A stretch of 64,000 nucleotides of DNA from Myxococcales bacterium (GTDB taxonomy: Bacteria; Myxococcota_A; UBA9042): NCBI GenBank assembly GCA_037441385.1, contig JBBISH010000001.1, positions 1-64,000 of the forward strand. Reading direction: 5' to 3'. The position numbers and the translations under genes were made by a program. The notes below the pieces were generated by a model. The model did no database searches. It was given only the letters and a program-made list of their open reading frames with translations, and was not told the DNA's origin. This document shows, piece by piece, positions 1 through 9,771 of this stretch. The stretch's first letter is position 1; each line of letters starts with the position of its first letter.

Positions 1-88
1 CGTCTTGACAGTCGCTGCACGCTTGCGCATACTGCTGGGCCACAACGGCGCCCGAGCGGTGCCGTTCCCCGGTCCGAAACAGCAAGAC

Positions 89-161
89 GCCCAGATAGCT
101 CAGTAGGTAGAGCAGTGGACTGAAAATCCACGTGTCGCTGGTTCGATTCCGGCTCTGGGCA
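89..161 (+). tRNA. tRNA-Phe (GAA); CCA not encoded
   Basis: Acceptor stem GCCCAGA/TCTGGGC, D arm TAGCTCAGTAGGTAGAGC, anticodon arm GTGGA-CTGAAAA-TCCAC, T loop GGTTCGATTCC. Confidence 0.97.
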
Positions 162-266
162 CCGGTCGAACGGGGTCCCAGCAGCGCTGGACACGGCCCC
201 GCGACTTGCCCTGGCCGTCGCGCGCGGCCGGCATCCCCGTCGCCCCACGGCGATTCGCACATCCAA

Positions 267-342
267 GGGCCTGTAGCTCAGCTGGGAGAGCGCTGCGTTC
301 GCAATGCAGAGGTCAGGGGTTCGATCCCCCTCAGGTCCACCA
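267..342 (+). tRNA. tRNA-Ala (CGC)
   Basis: GGGCCTG...CAGGTCC-ACCA with the G3:U70 Ala determinant; anticodon arm CTGCG-TTCGCAA-TGCAG; T loop GGTTCGATCCC; CCA encoded. Confidence 0.97.
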
Positions 343-508
343 GACGTCCGCAATCTCCAAGCCACCCGCTTGACCCCGACGTTGCCACCTCCGGTGCGCA
401 CCGTCGAACATGCCGGTGGCTTTGGTGTTTTTCGGCCACGTTCGTATCCCCGTGCGCGGGCGACTCGCCCAGCCCACCGCATCCGCGATCACCTTGCTAG
501 GAGTTCCG

Positions 509-1987
509 ATGGCGCTGCTCGATCTGACCTTTGATCTCAATGACTTGCTTGCCGATGCCCAGACTTTCGTCGTGATCGGTCGGCGCGGCGATCTGGTCGA
601 AGGTTGGCCGCAGGCAGGCTTGCCGGCTGAGTTGCGCGACGTGGTGGCGCGCATGGCGGCGGACGCCAAGCCGGCGCTGGGGGCGAGCACGTCCACGCTG
701 CTGCCGATCGTGGCGGGCCAGCCCAAGAGCCTGATCCTCATCGCATTGCACGACAACCTGGCGCGCCACCTGTCGGACGCGCGCGCCCTGGACATCTACT
801 TGGCGCTGCGCAGCGTCGCCCGCCCCGATGGCGGCAAGATCGCGATTCTGTGTGCGCTGAAAGACGCCAGTCACGCGCTGGGCGCCGTGTCGGGCATCGC
901 CCGCGCCTATCCGCTCTACAGCCGCAAGACGCCCAGCAAGGGCGACCCCAAGGCCGCAGACGTCAAGCTGCTTTTGACCACCAAGCAGGGGCCACTCAAG
1001 ACCGGCCTGGACCAGCTGGCCCACGCCCGCGACGCCGTCCACGCGGCCCAGCGCTGGGTCGACATGCCCACCGCCGAGCTGGACGCCGCCGTGTTCGAGT
1101 CCGAGGCCAAGGCCCTGGCGGCGACGCTACCCCACACCTCGATCCAGTCGCTGGTGGGCGACGAACTGCTGACCCACGGCCTCCGCGGTCTGCACGCGGT
1201 GGGGCGCACCGCTATGGTCGCGCCGCGACTGGTGATTTTGGACTACAACCCGCCCAGCGCCCAGGGCGAACCCGTGGCGCTGATCGGCAAGGGCCTGGTC
1301 TACGACACCGGCGGTTTGTTCTTGAAAATCGCCGACTCGCGCATGTTGACCATGAAGTGCGACATGGGCGGCGGCGCGGCGGTGCTGGGCGCGTTGGCGG
1401 TGCTGGCTCACAGCGGCCTGTCCCGGCGGGTGATCTGTGCGGTGGCGATGGCAGAAAATGCCATTGGTCCAGACAGTTACCGGCCCGACGACATCATCGA
1501 GATGCACTCGGGCAAGACCATGGAAGTCAACAACACCGACGCCGAGGGCCGCATTGCGGTGGCCGACGCCGCGTCGTATGTGGCGCGGAGCTTCAAGCCC
1601 AGCGTGCTGATCGACGCCGCCACCCTGACGGGCGCGCAGCTGATGGCGACCGGTAAGTACCACGCCGGCATCGTCGCCAACGATGGCGCGCTGGAGCAAA
1701 CGTTGATCGACGCCGGTCTGGCTTCGGGCGATCACTGCATGCCGCTGCTGTACTCGCCCGAGTTGCACACCTCGGAATTCAAGAGCACCGTCGCGGACAT
1801 GCGCAACTCGGTCGCCGATCGCATGAACGCGGCTTCGTCGGCGTCGGGCCTGTGGATCTACATGCACATCGACGACCTGGGCTTGAAGTGGGCGCACGTC
1901 GACCTGGCCGGCCCGGCGTTCTTGGACAACCGCGGCACTGGCTACGGCGTGGGTCTGCTGGCCGAAGCGGTGCGCAACCTGAAGTAG
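509..1987 (+). CDS. M17 leucyl aminopeptidase family protein (NPEPL1-like)
   Basis: GKGLVYDTGG, MKCDMGG, NTDAEGR and TLTGA motifs; AGGAG RBS before ATG 509. Confidence 0.92.
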   Translation: MALLDLTFDLNDLLADAQTFVVIGRRGDLVEGWPQAGLPAELRDVVARMAADAKPALGASTSTLLPIVAGQPKSLILIALHDNLARHLSDARALDIYLALRSVARPDGGKIAILCALKDASHALGAVSGIARAYPLYSRKTPSKGDPKAADVKLLLTTKQGPLKTGLDQLAHARDAVHAAQRWVDMPTAELDAAVFESEAKALAATLPHTSIQSLVGDELLTHGLRGLHAVGRTAMVAPRLVILDYNPPSAQGEPVALIGKGLVYDTGGLFLKIADSRMLTMKCDMGGGAAVLGALAVLAHSGLSRRVICAVAMAENAIGPDSYRPDDIIEMHSGKTMEVNNTDAEGRIAVADAASYVARSFKPSVLIDAATLTGAQLMATGKYHAGIVANDGALEQTLIDAGLASGDHCMPLLYSPELHTSEFKSTVADMRNSVADRMNAASSASGLWIYMHIDDLGLKWAHVDLAGPAFLDNRGTGYGVGLLAEAVRNLK

Positions 1988-2114
1988 GTGGTTGCAGAAA
2001 TAGTCCACATGTTGAAAAAATCGACACGGGCCACGCTGGGAGTTCGCCCCTGGCTGCGGCCCGTTTCGTTGCAACGGAGCGCAGTTGACGTATGCTGACC
2101 GGCGCTGGGGCAGT

Positions 2115-2130
2115 TGGCACGGGCCTTGCT
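2115..2130 (+). promoter_or_regulatory. sigma54 -24/-12 promoter of the MYXO-CTERM gene
   Basis: TGGCAC-GGGCC-TTGCT matches TGGCAC-N5-TTGCW; palindrome CGTTGCAACG at 2067-2076. Confidence 0.8.
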
Positions 2131-2225
2131 AGGTTCCGGTGCAGGGCGGCACAGCGCCGGCCCTGACTGCCGCGGCCAGGATGACGCTGCGACCCTTGGG
2201 GCAACCTACGATTTCTGGAGGCAAG

Positions 2226-3488
2226 ATGTTCAAGCTGCACTCGATTCGCCTGGCGCTGGCTGCGGGCCTGTTTCTTTCGGCGGGCGCGGCCCACGCCCTG
2301 ACCTATTGCGACGACAAGAACCCGTGCCCCAGCGGCAAGGAGTGCTTCGTCGCCGTCTGCGTGCCGTCGACCAGCGTGTGCACCGCCGACGCCAACTGTA
2401 AGTCGTACCAGAGCTGCGATTTCTCTTGCAAGGTCAGCGGTTATGGCACCGTGAGCACCACGCCGGTCGAAGGACCGGACGCTGGCTTGGTGGCGGTGGA
2501 CGGCGGCAGCAGCAGCGGCGGCTCCAGCGGCTCAGGCGGGGCCCAGGACAAGGCCGGCCCGGACGCCGGCAGCTCGGCCGATGTGTCGGCCATCCCGCAG
2601 CCCGAAGACGCGTACACGCCACCGCCTGTGCCCGAGTGCCCCAAGAGCAAGGGCGTCTGCGTCGCCGATCAGAAGAAGATTCAGCCGCAGCCCGGCTGCA
2701 CGGAATTCTGCAAGACCATGGCCACTTGCGGCGGCCTGGCTAGTACCGGCTCGGGCACTGGCGGGGGCAGCAGTGGCGGCAGCAGCGGGGGCAGCAGTGG
2801 CGACGTGCCGCCGCAAGCCGACGCGGGCTCCAGCGGCTTTGCCCCGCAAGATGCGGGCGAGGCGCAGCCCGTTGACGCAGTGGTGTACGTGGACGCGCTG
2901 CCCATGGACGTCAACATCGAGGGGCCGGATTCCTCGGCCCAAGCCAGCCAAGAGCAGATCGACATGTGCATCCAGTTGTGCAGCGTGATCAAGCTTGGCG
3001 GCTACCTGCCCAAGGAATGGGGCGCCATGGAGCAGTGCGTGCTGGACAACATCGGCAAGTGCGAGGAAGTCAACAGCAAGTGCCAAGCACTCTCCGAGCC
3101 CGTGGGCAAGGCCTTTGATGGCAACGAAAACCTGGCGATCGACCTGCTGGGCCTGAACTTTGGCAGCGCCAGCACGGGCGGCGGCAACAGCACCGAAACG
3201 GGCGGCGACGCGTATGCGGCCAGCGGCGACATTGCTCCCACCAGCGGCGGCGGCAAGGGCTCGACCGACTCGGACGCCGCCAGCACCGGCGCGCCCCGCT
3301 ACCAGGGCGACGCCGGCAAGACCGGCGATGCGCTGGGCAGCAGCGACGCCAAGACCACCGCTGCGGCCGGCACCTCGTCGTCCAGCAGCAGCGGTTGCAG
3401 CAGCGGCACCACCAGCGGCTCGCTGGGTGGTCTGGCCGGGCTGCTCGGCCTGTGCAGCGCCCTGATCCTGCGGCGCAAGTTCAGCTAG
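2226..3488 (+). CDS. Secreted Cys-rich, Gly/Ser-rich surface protein with MYXO-CTERM-type sorting signal
   Basis: Signal peptide ending AHA; Cys-rich blocks; C-terminus SSSSGCSSG-hydrophobic segment-RRKFS; GGAGG RBS before ATG 2226. Confidence 0.8.
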   Translation: MFKLHSIRLALAAGLFLSAGAAHALTYCDDKNPCPSGKECFVAVCVPSTSVCTADANCKSYQSCDFSCKVSGYGTVSTTPVEGPDAGLVAVDGGSSSGGSSGSGGAQDKAGPDAGSSADVSAIPQPEDAYTPPPVPECPKSKGVCVADQKKIQPQPGCTEFCKTMATCGGLASTGSGTGGGSSGGSSGGSSGDVPPQADAGSSGFAPQDAGEAQPVDAVVYVDALPMDVNIEGPDSSAQASQEQIDMCIQLCSVIKLGGYLPKEWGAMEQCVLDNIGKCEEVNSKCQALSEPVGKAFDGNENLAIDLLGLNFGSASTGGGNSTETGGDAYAASGDIAPTSGGGKGSTDSDAASTGAPRYQGDAGKTGDALGSSDAKTTAAAGTSSSSSSGCSSGTTSGSLGGLAGLLGLCSALILRRKFS

Positions 3489-3502
3489 GGCAAAGTCTTT
3501 TT

Positions 3503-3666
3503 GCCCGCCAGCTGACCGCACGCCGCGCCGATTCGCCGCCAAGTGGGTCGCAAGTGGGCGCTGACGCGACCCGCCGCGCCGTTAGTCGGAAAGTCGCGGA
3601 TTCCGTTCGGCGCGCTCTCTAGGTCATGGCGCTTTCGCCCGCCAGCTGACCGCACGCCGCGCCGAT
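3503..3666. repeat. 30-bp perfect direct repeat (3503-3532 and 3637-3666) duplicating the rlmN 3' end
   Basis: GCCCGCCAGCTGACCGCACGCCGCGCCGAT present twice; encodes IGAACGQLAG on the minus strand. Confidence 0.95.
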
Positions 3667-4737
3667 GTCCTGGCCCTTGGACTCGCGCAGGCTGACCGAG
3701 GCGCCCGTCGCGCGCACCCCCTCGACAAAGCGATCGATCACCAAGCGGGTCGGCCGAGTATAGCCCGCCCCCGGCCAGGCGTTGAACGGGATGGCGTTGA
3801 TGTGCGCCCCCACTTGCTGCGCCATCTGGCCCAGACGGTGGGCGTCGTCCAGGGAGTCGTTCACGTCGCGCAAGAGCGCATACTCAAAGGTAATCTTGCG
3901 ATGGGGCCGCGGCGGCAATCCGCGCAGCACCTCGACCATGGCCGCGATGGGCACGCCCTTGTTCACCGGCATCAAGCGATCGCGCACCGCGTCCGTGGTG
4001 GCCGTCAGCGACCACGCCAAGTGCACGTCGGGCTGCGCGGCGACCAGCTTGGGCAGGTACTTGGCCAGCCCCGAGGTCGAGACGGTGATTCGCCGCGGCG
4101 AGAAGTCGTAGCCCTTGGGATCCATCAGGATCTCCAGCGCAGCCAGCAGCGCCGGCAGGTTGTCCAGCGGCTCGCCCATGCCCATGAACACCAGGTTGTG
4201 CGGGCGCGCCGACAGCGGACCATCCTGGCCGCCCGCCACGCCGCCGCGGCCGCGCCCTTGCTCAAGGCCGCGCCGGCAGGCGATCGCCACTTGCTCGACG
4301 ATCTCGCCCGCGCTGAGGTTGGCCCGCACCGGCAGCCGCGCGGTGGCGCAAAAGTCGCACGCCATCTTGCAGCCGACTTGCGACGACAGGCATTGCGTCA
4401 CGGATCCCGGGGCGCCGTCCGCCGCGTCCATCGGCATGATCACCGTCTCGATGGGCGCGCCGTGGCGGGTGGTGAGCACCAGCTTGGTCGAGCCATCCAG
4501 CGCAGACAAGCGGTCCGCTTCGACCTGCAGCGCGGTCAGCGGGGCGTGCTCGTGCAGGTGCTGCCGCAGGCTTGCGGGCAAATCGGTCATGGAATTGTAA
4601 TCGCGGACCAAGCGAGCGTGCAGCCAGCGGAACAGCTGCTCGGCGCGGTACTTGGGCTGGCCCAACTGGGCAAAGTACTCGACCAACTGGGGTCGGGGCA
4701 ACGACAAGACATCGACGACCTGGGGCTCGGCGGACAT
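3619..4737 (-). CDS. rlmN: 23S rRNA m2A2503/tRNA methyltransferase RlmN (radical SAM)
   Basis: CLSSQVGCKMACDFCATA, VFMGMGEP, ITVSTSG, DIGAACGQL. Confidence 0.93.
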   Translation of the reverse strand: MSAEPQVVDVLSLPRPQLVEYFAQLGQPKYRAEQLFRWLHARLVRDYNSMTDLPASLRQHLHEHAPLTALQVEADRLSALDGSTKLVLTTRHGAPIETVIMPMDAADGAPGSVTQCLSSQVGCKMACDFCATARLPVRANLSAGEIVEQVAIACRRGLEQGRGRGGVAGGQDGPLSARPHNLVFMGMGEPLDNLPALLAALEILMDPKGYDFSPRRITVSTSGLAKYLPKLVAAQPDVHLAWSLTATTDAVRDRLMPVNKGVPIAAMVEVLRGLPPRPHRKITFEYALLRDVNDSLDDAHRLGQMAQQVGAHINAIPFNAWPGAGYTRPTRLVIDRFVEGVRATGASVSLRESKGQDIGAACGQLAGESAMT

Positions 4738-4978
4738 CGCAACTCGCGGCAGCCCTTTGCGGCTGCAGCGGCAGTGTAGGCGGGCTCGCCGTCCTGCGGC
4801 AGTGGGGGCACGCAAAAAGGCGCGCGCCCTGCACAGAACGGCCCGTCGCAGCCGCGGGAGGTTGCAAGTTGGCGGGCGACCGGCTAGCATGTGTCTCAAG
4901 TTGAAACATACGGCGAACAGCGGGCATAGCGCCTGGCTCTGCCGTGTTCACAGGCCGTAGTGAATCGCAAGCGACCAA

Positions 4979-6571
4979 GTGGTGGTGCGCTGCCCATTTT
5001 GTTGGTATGGAGCTGACTTGAGTCCACCTCCTCCCCCAGGCTCGCCGCCGCGGCGCGAGACCGACAGCGTGCTGATCGTCGAAGACGATCCCGTCACGTC
5101 GGCGCGCATCCATCGCGAGCTGAGCAAGGCGGGCTATCGCGTGGTGGCTGTGCCCACTGCCCGCCAAGCCGAGCAGCAAGTCCGCCAAGAAGCGCCCGCA
5201 GTGGCTCTGCTGGATCTGAGCCTGCCCGACAGCAACGACCTATCGCTTTTCCACAAGATCAGACAACTTGCGCCGGCAGCCAAGCTGATCATCATGACGG
5301 CGATGGACGACCTGGACGTGGTCATCAGCGCCACACAGGCCGGCGCGTTCGACTTCATCACCAAGTCTCCCGACGTGATGCAGCGCGTGCAGGTGACGGT
5401 CCGCAACGCGTTTGACTCGCTGGAACAGGCTGAGCAGGTTGCGGAATTGGCCTCGTCGCTGCGCCAGCGCGACCGGTTTTCGCGCATCGTTGGGCAGTCG
5501 CGGGCGATGGACGAGGTCAAGGCCGCCATCGACAAGCTGGCGCCGTCGCGCGTCAACGTGCTCATTACCGGCCCGTCGGGGACCGGCAAAGAAGTGGTGG
5601 CGCGCAGCATCCACGAGGTGGGGCCGCGGGCTGCCCAGCCCTTCGTGGCCGTCAATTGCGCGGGGATCCCCGACACGTTGCTGGAGTCGGAGCTGTTTGG
5701 CTACGAGCGCGGCGCCTTTACTGGGGCCGTGCAGCGCAAGCTGGGCAAGTTCGAAGCGGCGCACGGCGGCACGCTGTTCCTGGACGAGATCGGCGAGATG
5801 TCGCTGTCGCTGCAGGCGAAACTGCTGCGGGTCCTGCAAGACGGCCGCTTTGAGCGCCTGGGCGGTAACCACGAGGTCCAGGCCGACGCGCGCATCGTCT
5901 GCGCCACCAACCGCGACCTGCTCGGCATGGTCAAAGCCGGTACTTTCCGCGAGGACCTCTACTACCGCATCGCCGTGTTCACCGTGCAGTTGCCGCCGCT
6001 CTCGTCGCGCGCCGACGATGTGGCCCTGCTCACCGACCACTTTGTGCGCGCCGCCGCCCGCGAAGAGGGCAAGACCATCGTAGGCGTTTCGCCAGAGGTC
6101 ATGCGGCTTTTTCAGCAGTACACCTGGCCGGGCAACGTGCGCCAGCTGCAGAACGTGGTCAGCCGCGCCACCGTGGCCTGCACCACCCGCGAGATTTCGC
6201 TGCGCGACCTGCCCGAGTCGTTTGTGCAAGAGTGGCAAGCGGCCCGACCCAGCGAGCCCGCGGCCAGCAGCCAAACCCCCAAGAGTTTGCCGGCGGTGCG
6301 TCCCCAGGCGCCCGAGCCGCTGGCCGCCGCGCCGTCCGTCGCCATGTCGGCGCTGCCGCACCTGCTGCATTCGAGTTCGGTGGATGCGCGCCTGGACGCC
6401 GCCCTGGAGCTCGCGTTCCCGGATCCCGGTCTGCTGCCCACGGCGCGCGATCTGGAGGCGGCGGGCATTCGGCTGGGCCTCAAGCGCCTGGAAAACAACA
6501 TGCTGCTGACGGCCAAGCGCATGGGCATGAGCCGCGCCACGCTGTACCGCCGCATGGCCCTGCCGGACTGA
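4979..6571 (+). CDS. sigma54-dependent response regulator (REC-AAA+-HTH, NtrC family); start uncertain, probably near 5018
   Basis: REC (VLIVEDD, LLDLSLPD), Walker A GPSGTGKE, GAFTGA, FLDEIGE, WPGNVRQL, Fis-type HTH SRATLYRR. Confidence 0.92.
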   Translation: MVVRCPFCWYGADLSPPPPPGSPPRRETDSVLIVEDDPVTSARIHRELSKAGYRVVAVPTARQAEQQVRQEAPAVALLDLSLPDSNDLSLFHKIRQLAPAAKLIIMTAMDDLDVVISATQAGAFDFITKSPDVMQRVQVTVRNAFDSLEQAEQVAELASSLRQRDRFSRIVGQSRAMDEVKAAIDKLAPSRVNVLITGPSGTGKEVVARSIHEVGPRAAQPFVAVNCAGIPDTLLESELFGYERGAFTGAVQRKLGKFEAAHGGTLFLDEIGEMSLSLQAKLLRVLQDGRFERLGGNHEVQADARIVCATNRDLLGMVKAGTFREDLYYRIAVFTVQLPPLSSRADDVALLTDHFVRAAAREEGKTIVGVSPEVMRLFQQYTWPGNVRQLQNVVSRATVACTTREISLRDLPESFVQEWQAARPSEPAASSQTPKSLPAVRPQAPEPLAAAPSVAMSALPHLLHSSSVDARLDAALELAFPDPGLLPTARDLEAAGIRLGLKRLENNMLLTAKRMGMSRATLYRRMALPD

Positions 6572-6610
6572 GGGCCGGGCGCACAGCGCGCATTGCTGGG
6601 AAACTACTTG

Positions 6611-7504
6611 CTATTCTTTGGTCAGCGCCTGCTGCAGGGCGTCGAGCTGCGCGGGCGCAAGGCGGCCCAAGGCGGCACTCCGCTCGGCCAGTAGCCGCGA
6701 AGCTTGGCGATGCAGGTGCCCGGCGTCGGGCGGCAACACCGCAAGATGTTTGGTCAGCGTGCTGGCGTCGCCGCGAGCCACCGCCCCCGTCAAGCCAGCC
6801 AGCAGCGGCGCATCGGCGGGCAGCCGCTGCAGCGCAGCCAGGGCGGTAGCAGCCAAATGCAGAAGTCCAATGCGGAATTCCGGGTCGCTCAGGCCCGCCT
6901 GGCTCACCGCTGCTTCGGCGGCCACCGCCAGCGCCACCCAGTCGTTGGCAATCAGGGCCGCCGCGGCGTGGTAGGCGGGGCGTTGCTCGTCCGCGACGAA
7001 TTTGGGAATGCCCCCTAGACGTTCTGCGAGCTGCCACGCCAGCGCCTGCGCGTCCGCATCGCCGCCCACCGCCATCAGCGCGCCGCGCAAGGGCGACGTT
7101 GGATCGCGCAAGGTCAGCGGATCCGCCACGGCCGCCAAGGGATGCAGCGAACCGCACGCGACTGGAGCGGGCAGGGGCTGGGCCAGTTGGCGCGCCGGCG
7201 CGACCCCCGACAAGTGCAAGTAGACGGGGGCTAGGGGCGCCGTCAGGCTCAATTCCTGAGCTAACACTGGCAGTTGCCCGTCTGGCACCGCTGCCAGCAG
7301 CGCGTCGAAGTGGGCGTGTTGGGGCACGGCGGCGGCCACGGTCACCGGCAGGCCTTGGTCCCGCAGCCAGCGCGCCACCGCCGACCGCCGCTCGTCGCTG
7401 CGCAGCACCGCCGTGACACCCTGACCCGCGTGCGCCAGGTCGCGCGCCAGTGTCGCGCCCAGGCGGCCGCCGCCCAACACCAACAATTGCAGCGGTTCAG
7501 CCAT
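6611..7504 (-). CDS. Rossmann-like/DUF2520 oxidoreductase (PanG-like ketopantoate reductase candidate)
   Basis: LGGGRLG, AVPDG, HLSG, SLHPL, YHAAAALIAN, LTGAVARGD..T..H motifs. Confidence 0.82.
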   Translation of the reverse strand: MAEPLQLLVLGGGRLGATLARDLAHAGQGVTAVLRSDERRSAVARWLRDQGLPVTVAAAVPQHAHFDALLAAVPDGQLPVLAQELSLTAPLAPVYLHLSGVAPARQLAQPLPAPVACGSLHPLAAVADPLTLRDPTSPLRGALMAVGGDADAQALAWQLAERLGGIPKFVADEQRPAYHAAAALIANDWVALAVAAEAAVSQAGLSDPEFRIGLLHLAATALAALQRLPADAPLLAGLTGAVARGDASTLTKHLAVLPPDAGHLHRQASRLLAERSAALGRLAPAQLDALQQALTKE

Positions 7505-8093
7505 GTTCGGTCGGCCCTCCGTACAGGCCGCGGTGCGCAATCTCGTCGGCTACTGCCTGCGGCACCCAGCCTTGCACCGAGTCGCCGCGCTGCAGCCGCG
7601 CGCGGATCGCCGAAGATGCCAGCTCGGGCAGCGGGATCGGCAGGGCTTGCGCAGCCCATTCGGACGGCACTGCGTAGCCCGGCCGCTGCAGGATCACGGG
7701 CGGTGCCAACTGGACCACCTGATCGAAGCGGTGCCAGCGCGCCCGCTCGGCCAGGATGTCGGTGCCGATGATCAGGCGGAATGGGTGTGCCGGATGGCGC
7801 TCGCGCAACAGGGCAAGCAAGTCCAAGGTGCGGCCGCTGCTGTCCTTTTCGTCGTCGCGCACTACCACCCGCTCGCCCAGCACGGCAAAAGCCAGGCGGC
7901 ACAACTGGATGCGCGTCGCAAAGTCAGCGCCCGGTTCCTTGCCCAGCGGGTGACGAGCGACGGGCAGAACCCACACGGCGTCGACCGGCGCGGCGGCCAA
8001 AACATAAGTGGCTGCTAGCAGATGCGCGGCGTGGGGCGGGTCAAAGGTCCCGCCGAACAGCGCGATCCTGGCCGTGGGGGCGATGGTCGCCAT
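7497..8093 (-). CDS. nadD: Nicotinate-nucleotide adenylyltransferase
   Basis: LFGGTFDPPHAAH, IIGTD, ASSAIR. Confidence 0.9.
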   Translation of the reverse strand: MATIAPTARIALFGGTFDPPHAAHLLAATYVLAAAPVDAVWVLPVARHPLGKEPGADFATRIQLCRLAFAVLGERVVVRDDEKDSSGRTLDLLALLRERHPAHPFRLIIGTDILAERARWHRFDQVVQLAPPVILQRPGYAVPSEWAAQALPIPLPELASSAIRARLQRGDSVQGWVPQAVADEIAHRGLYGGPTEHG

Positions 8094-8096
8094 GAG

Positions 8097-9323
8097 CTAG
8101 GCCAACAGTCCGTGCGGGCGCGGGTACAGCAGGTGCGGGCGGGCACGCAGGGCAAAAGCCTGCTCGGCTGCAGCAAAATCGCTGCAGATGGCCGACAAGG
8201 GCGCGCCCGCCTCTAGGCCCAGGCGAGCCTCTGGTCCGCCCATCAGCAGGTCGATCGCCAGGCGATCGGCCACGAATTCATAAATTTCGGTGCGCCAGGC
8301 AAAGTGCTCGCGGCCCAGTTGCAGGGCGGCGGCGATCAACGCCAGGCCGGCGCGCACGGCTTGGAACTGCCGGCGATCACTGACCTCGACGGCCACACCG
8401 CCGCAGACCTGGCCGGCGAATTTCTGGAAGGTCGGCTCAAAAAGCATCGGTCGCACGGCCAGTCCAGGGATTTCCATGGCTTCGATGGCCTGGGCAAAGC
8501 GCCGGGCCGGCAGCCACGGCGCGCCCACCAGCTCGAACGGCCGGGTCGTGCCGCGGCCTTCGCTTAGGCGCGTACCCTCGATCAAGCAGCCGCCCGGGTA
8601 GACCACCGCCGTCTGCACCGTGGGCATGTTGGGACTCGGCGCGTACCAGCAGCTGCCCGCGGGGCCAAAATCCTGCTCGTCCAAGTACTTGTCGGTCTGC
8701 CAACCGGAGCAGGTCACCACCTGCAGGTCGACCTTCAGGCCCGCCTCGGCCACATACAGGCGCGCGATCTCGCCGATGGTCAGCCCATGCCGTTGCGGCA
8801 GATCCAACCAGCCGACAAACGAGCGATAGAATTCGGGGAGATGGCCGCCCTCGATGGTGCAGCCGTCGATCGGGTTGGGCCGATCCAGGACCACCACCGC
8901 CACGCCGGCCTGCGCGCACGTGGACAGAGCCATGCACAAGGTCGCAAAGTACGTGTAATACCGGCTGCCTACGTCCTGAACGTCGAACACCAGCACGTCC
9001 AAGCCGTCCAGCGCCGCCGGCTGCAGCGTCAGGGTGTCCAAGCTGCGGCCGTACAGCGTTGTAACCTCTCGATCGAACACAGGATCCTGGCCGCCGTCGA
9101 CGCCGATCAGATCCTGAGCGGTGGACCACAGGCCGTGCTCGGGACCGAACAGCCGCAGCACCTGCACCCCGGCGTGCGCCAGCTCGTCGAGCAAGTGCCG
9201 GCGGCGCCATGGGGCCGCGGCGGTCCGCACCAGCGACGAGGGGTTGCAAAGGACCCCGACCCGCCGACCCAGCAGTTGGGCAAAGCCCTGACTGGCAGCA
9301 ACTTCGGCACCTGTGCTCAGCAT
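8097..9323 (-). CDS. namZ: Exo-beta-N-acetylmuramidase NamZ (DUF1343) family
   Basis: LFGPEHG, FDVQDVGSRYYT, LDRPNP, RHGLTIGE, PSPNMP, SEGRGTTRPFE. Confidence 0.88.
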   Translation of the reverse strand: MLSTGAEVAASQGFAQLLGRRVGVLCNPSSLVRTAAAPWRRRHLLDELAHAGVQVLRLFGPEHGLWSTAQDLIGVDGGQDPVFDREVTTLYGRSLDTLTLQPAALDGLDVLVFDVQDVGSRYYTYFATLCMALSTCAQAGVAVVVLDRPNPIDGCTIEGGHLPEFYRSFVGWLDLPQRHGLTIGEIARLYVAEAGLKVDLQVVTCSGWQTDKYLDEQDFGPAGSCWYAPSPNMPTVQTAVVYPGGCLIEGTRLSEGRGTTRPFELVGAPWLPARRFAQAIEAMEIPGLAVRPMLFEPTFQKFAGQVCGGVAVEVSDRRQFQAVRAGLALIAAALQLGREHFAWRTEIYEFVADRLAIDLLMGGPEARLGLEAGAPLSAICSDFAAAEQAFALRARPHLLYPRPHGLLA

Positions 9324-9330
9324 GCGGACC

Positions 9331-9576
9331 TCAATCGGCAGGGTTGCGATCGCTGGGGTCGGGGAAGCGCAGGATGCGCAGCTCGCCTTCGCCCTCGGGC
9401 TTGTAGACTTCGATCTCCTTGACGTTGGCCAAGTTGACGTACAAGGTGGGGCCGGCGTCGCGCTCGTTGCGCAGGGCAATGAAGTTGTTCTCTACGCCAG
9501 TGACGATGCCGATCACGCTGCTGTCGTCGTCGTCGAACTGGATTACCCAGACTTTTTGGCCGATTAGCTGCTGCAC
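9331..9576 (-). CDS. Small hypothetical protein, possible Sm/LSm-like beta-barrel
   Basis: Protein-like composition; GGAG RBS before GTG; first gene of the namZ-nadD-DUF2520 run. Confidence 0.7.
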   Translation of the reverse strand: MQQLIGQKVWVIQFDDDDSSVIGIVTGVENNFIALRNERDAGPTLYVNLANVKEIEVYKPEGEGELRILRFPDPSDRNPAD

Positions 9577-9700
9577 GGACGCTCCGCGGGGCGTCTGGAA
9601 TGCGCCGCCGCCGGCAGTCTACACCAACTCGACCAGCCGCGACAGGAAAGGCCCGTGTCAGAGAAATCTCTGTGAGATCATGACTGTGATTGGGCTGTCT

Positions 9701-9730
9701 TGTATACTCTATGGGATTTGTATAGATTTA
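9701..9730. promoter_or_regulatory. AT-rich dyad TCTAT-N9-ATAGA, candidate Rrf2-family operator
   Basis: TATACTCTATGGGATTTGTATAGATTTA lies about 45 bp upstream of the sulfite/nitrite reductase in an otherwise GC-rich context. Confidence 0.5.
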
Positions 9731-9771
9731 ACTCGCCGCCGCGGCTGCGGCTCATCTTGCCCTGGAGCCCC

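Noticed and set aside
89..500. Integrated element at the tRNA genes
   Set aside because: No integrase and no duplicated tRNA 3' end seen in the window
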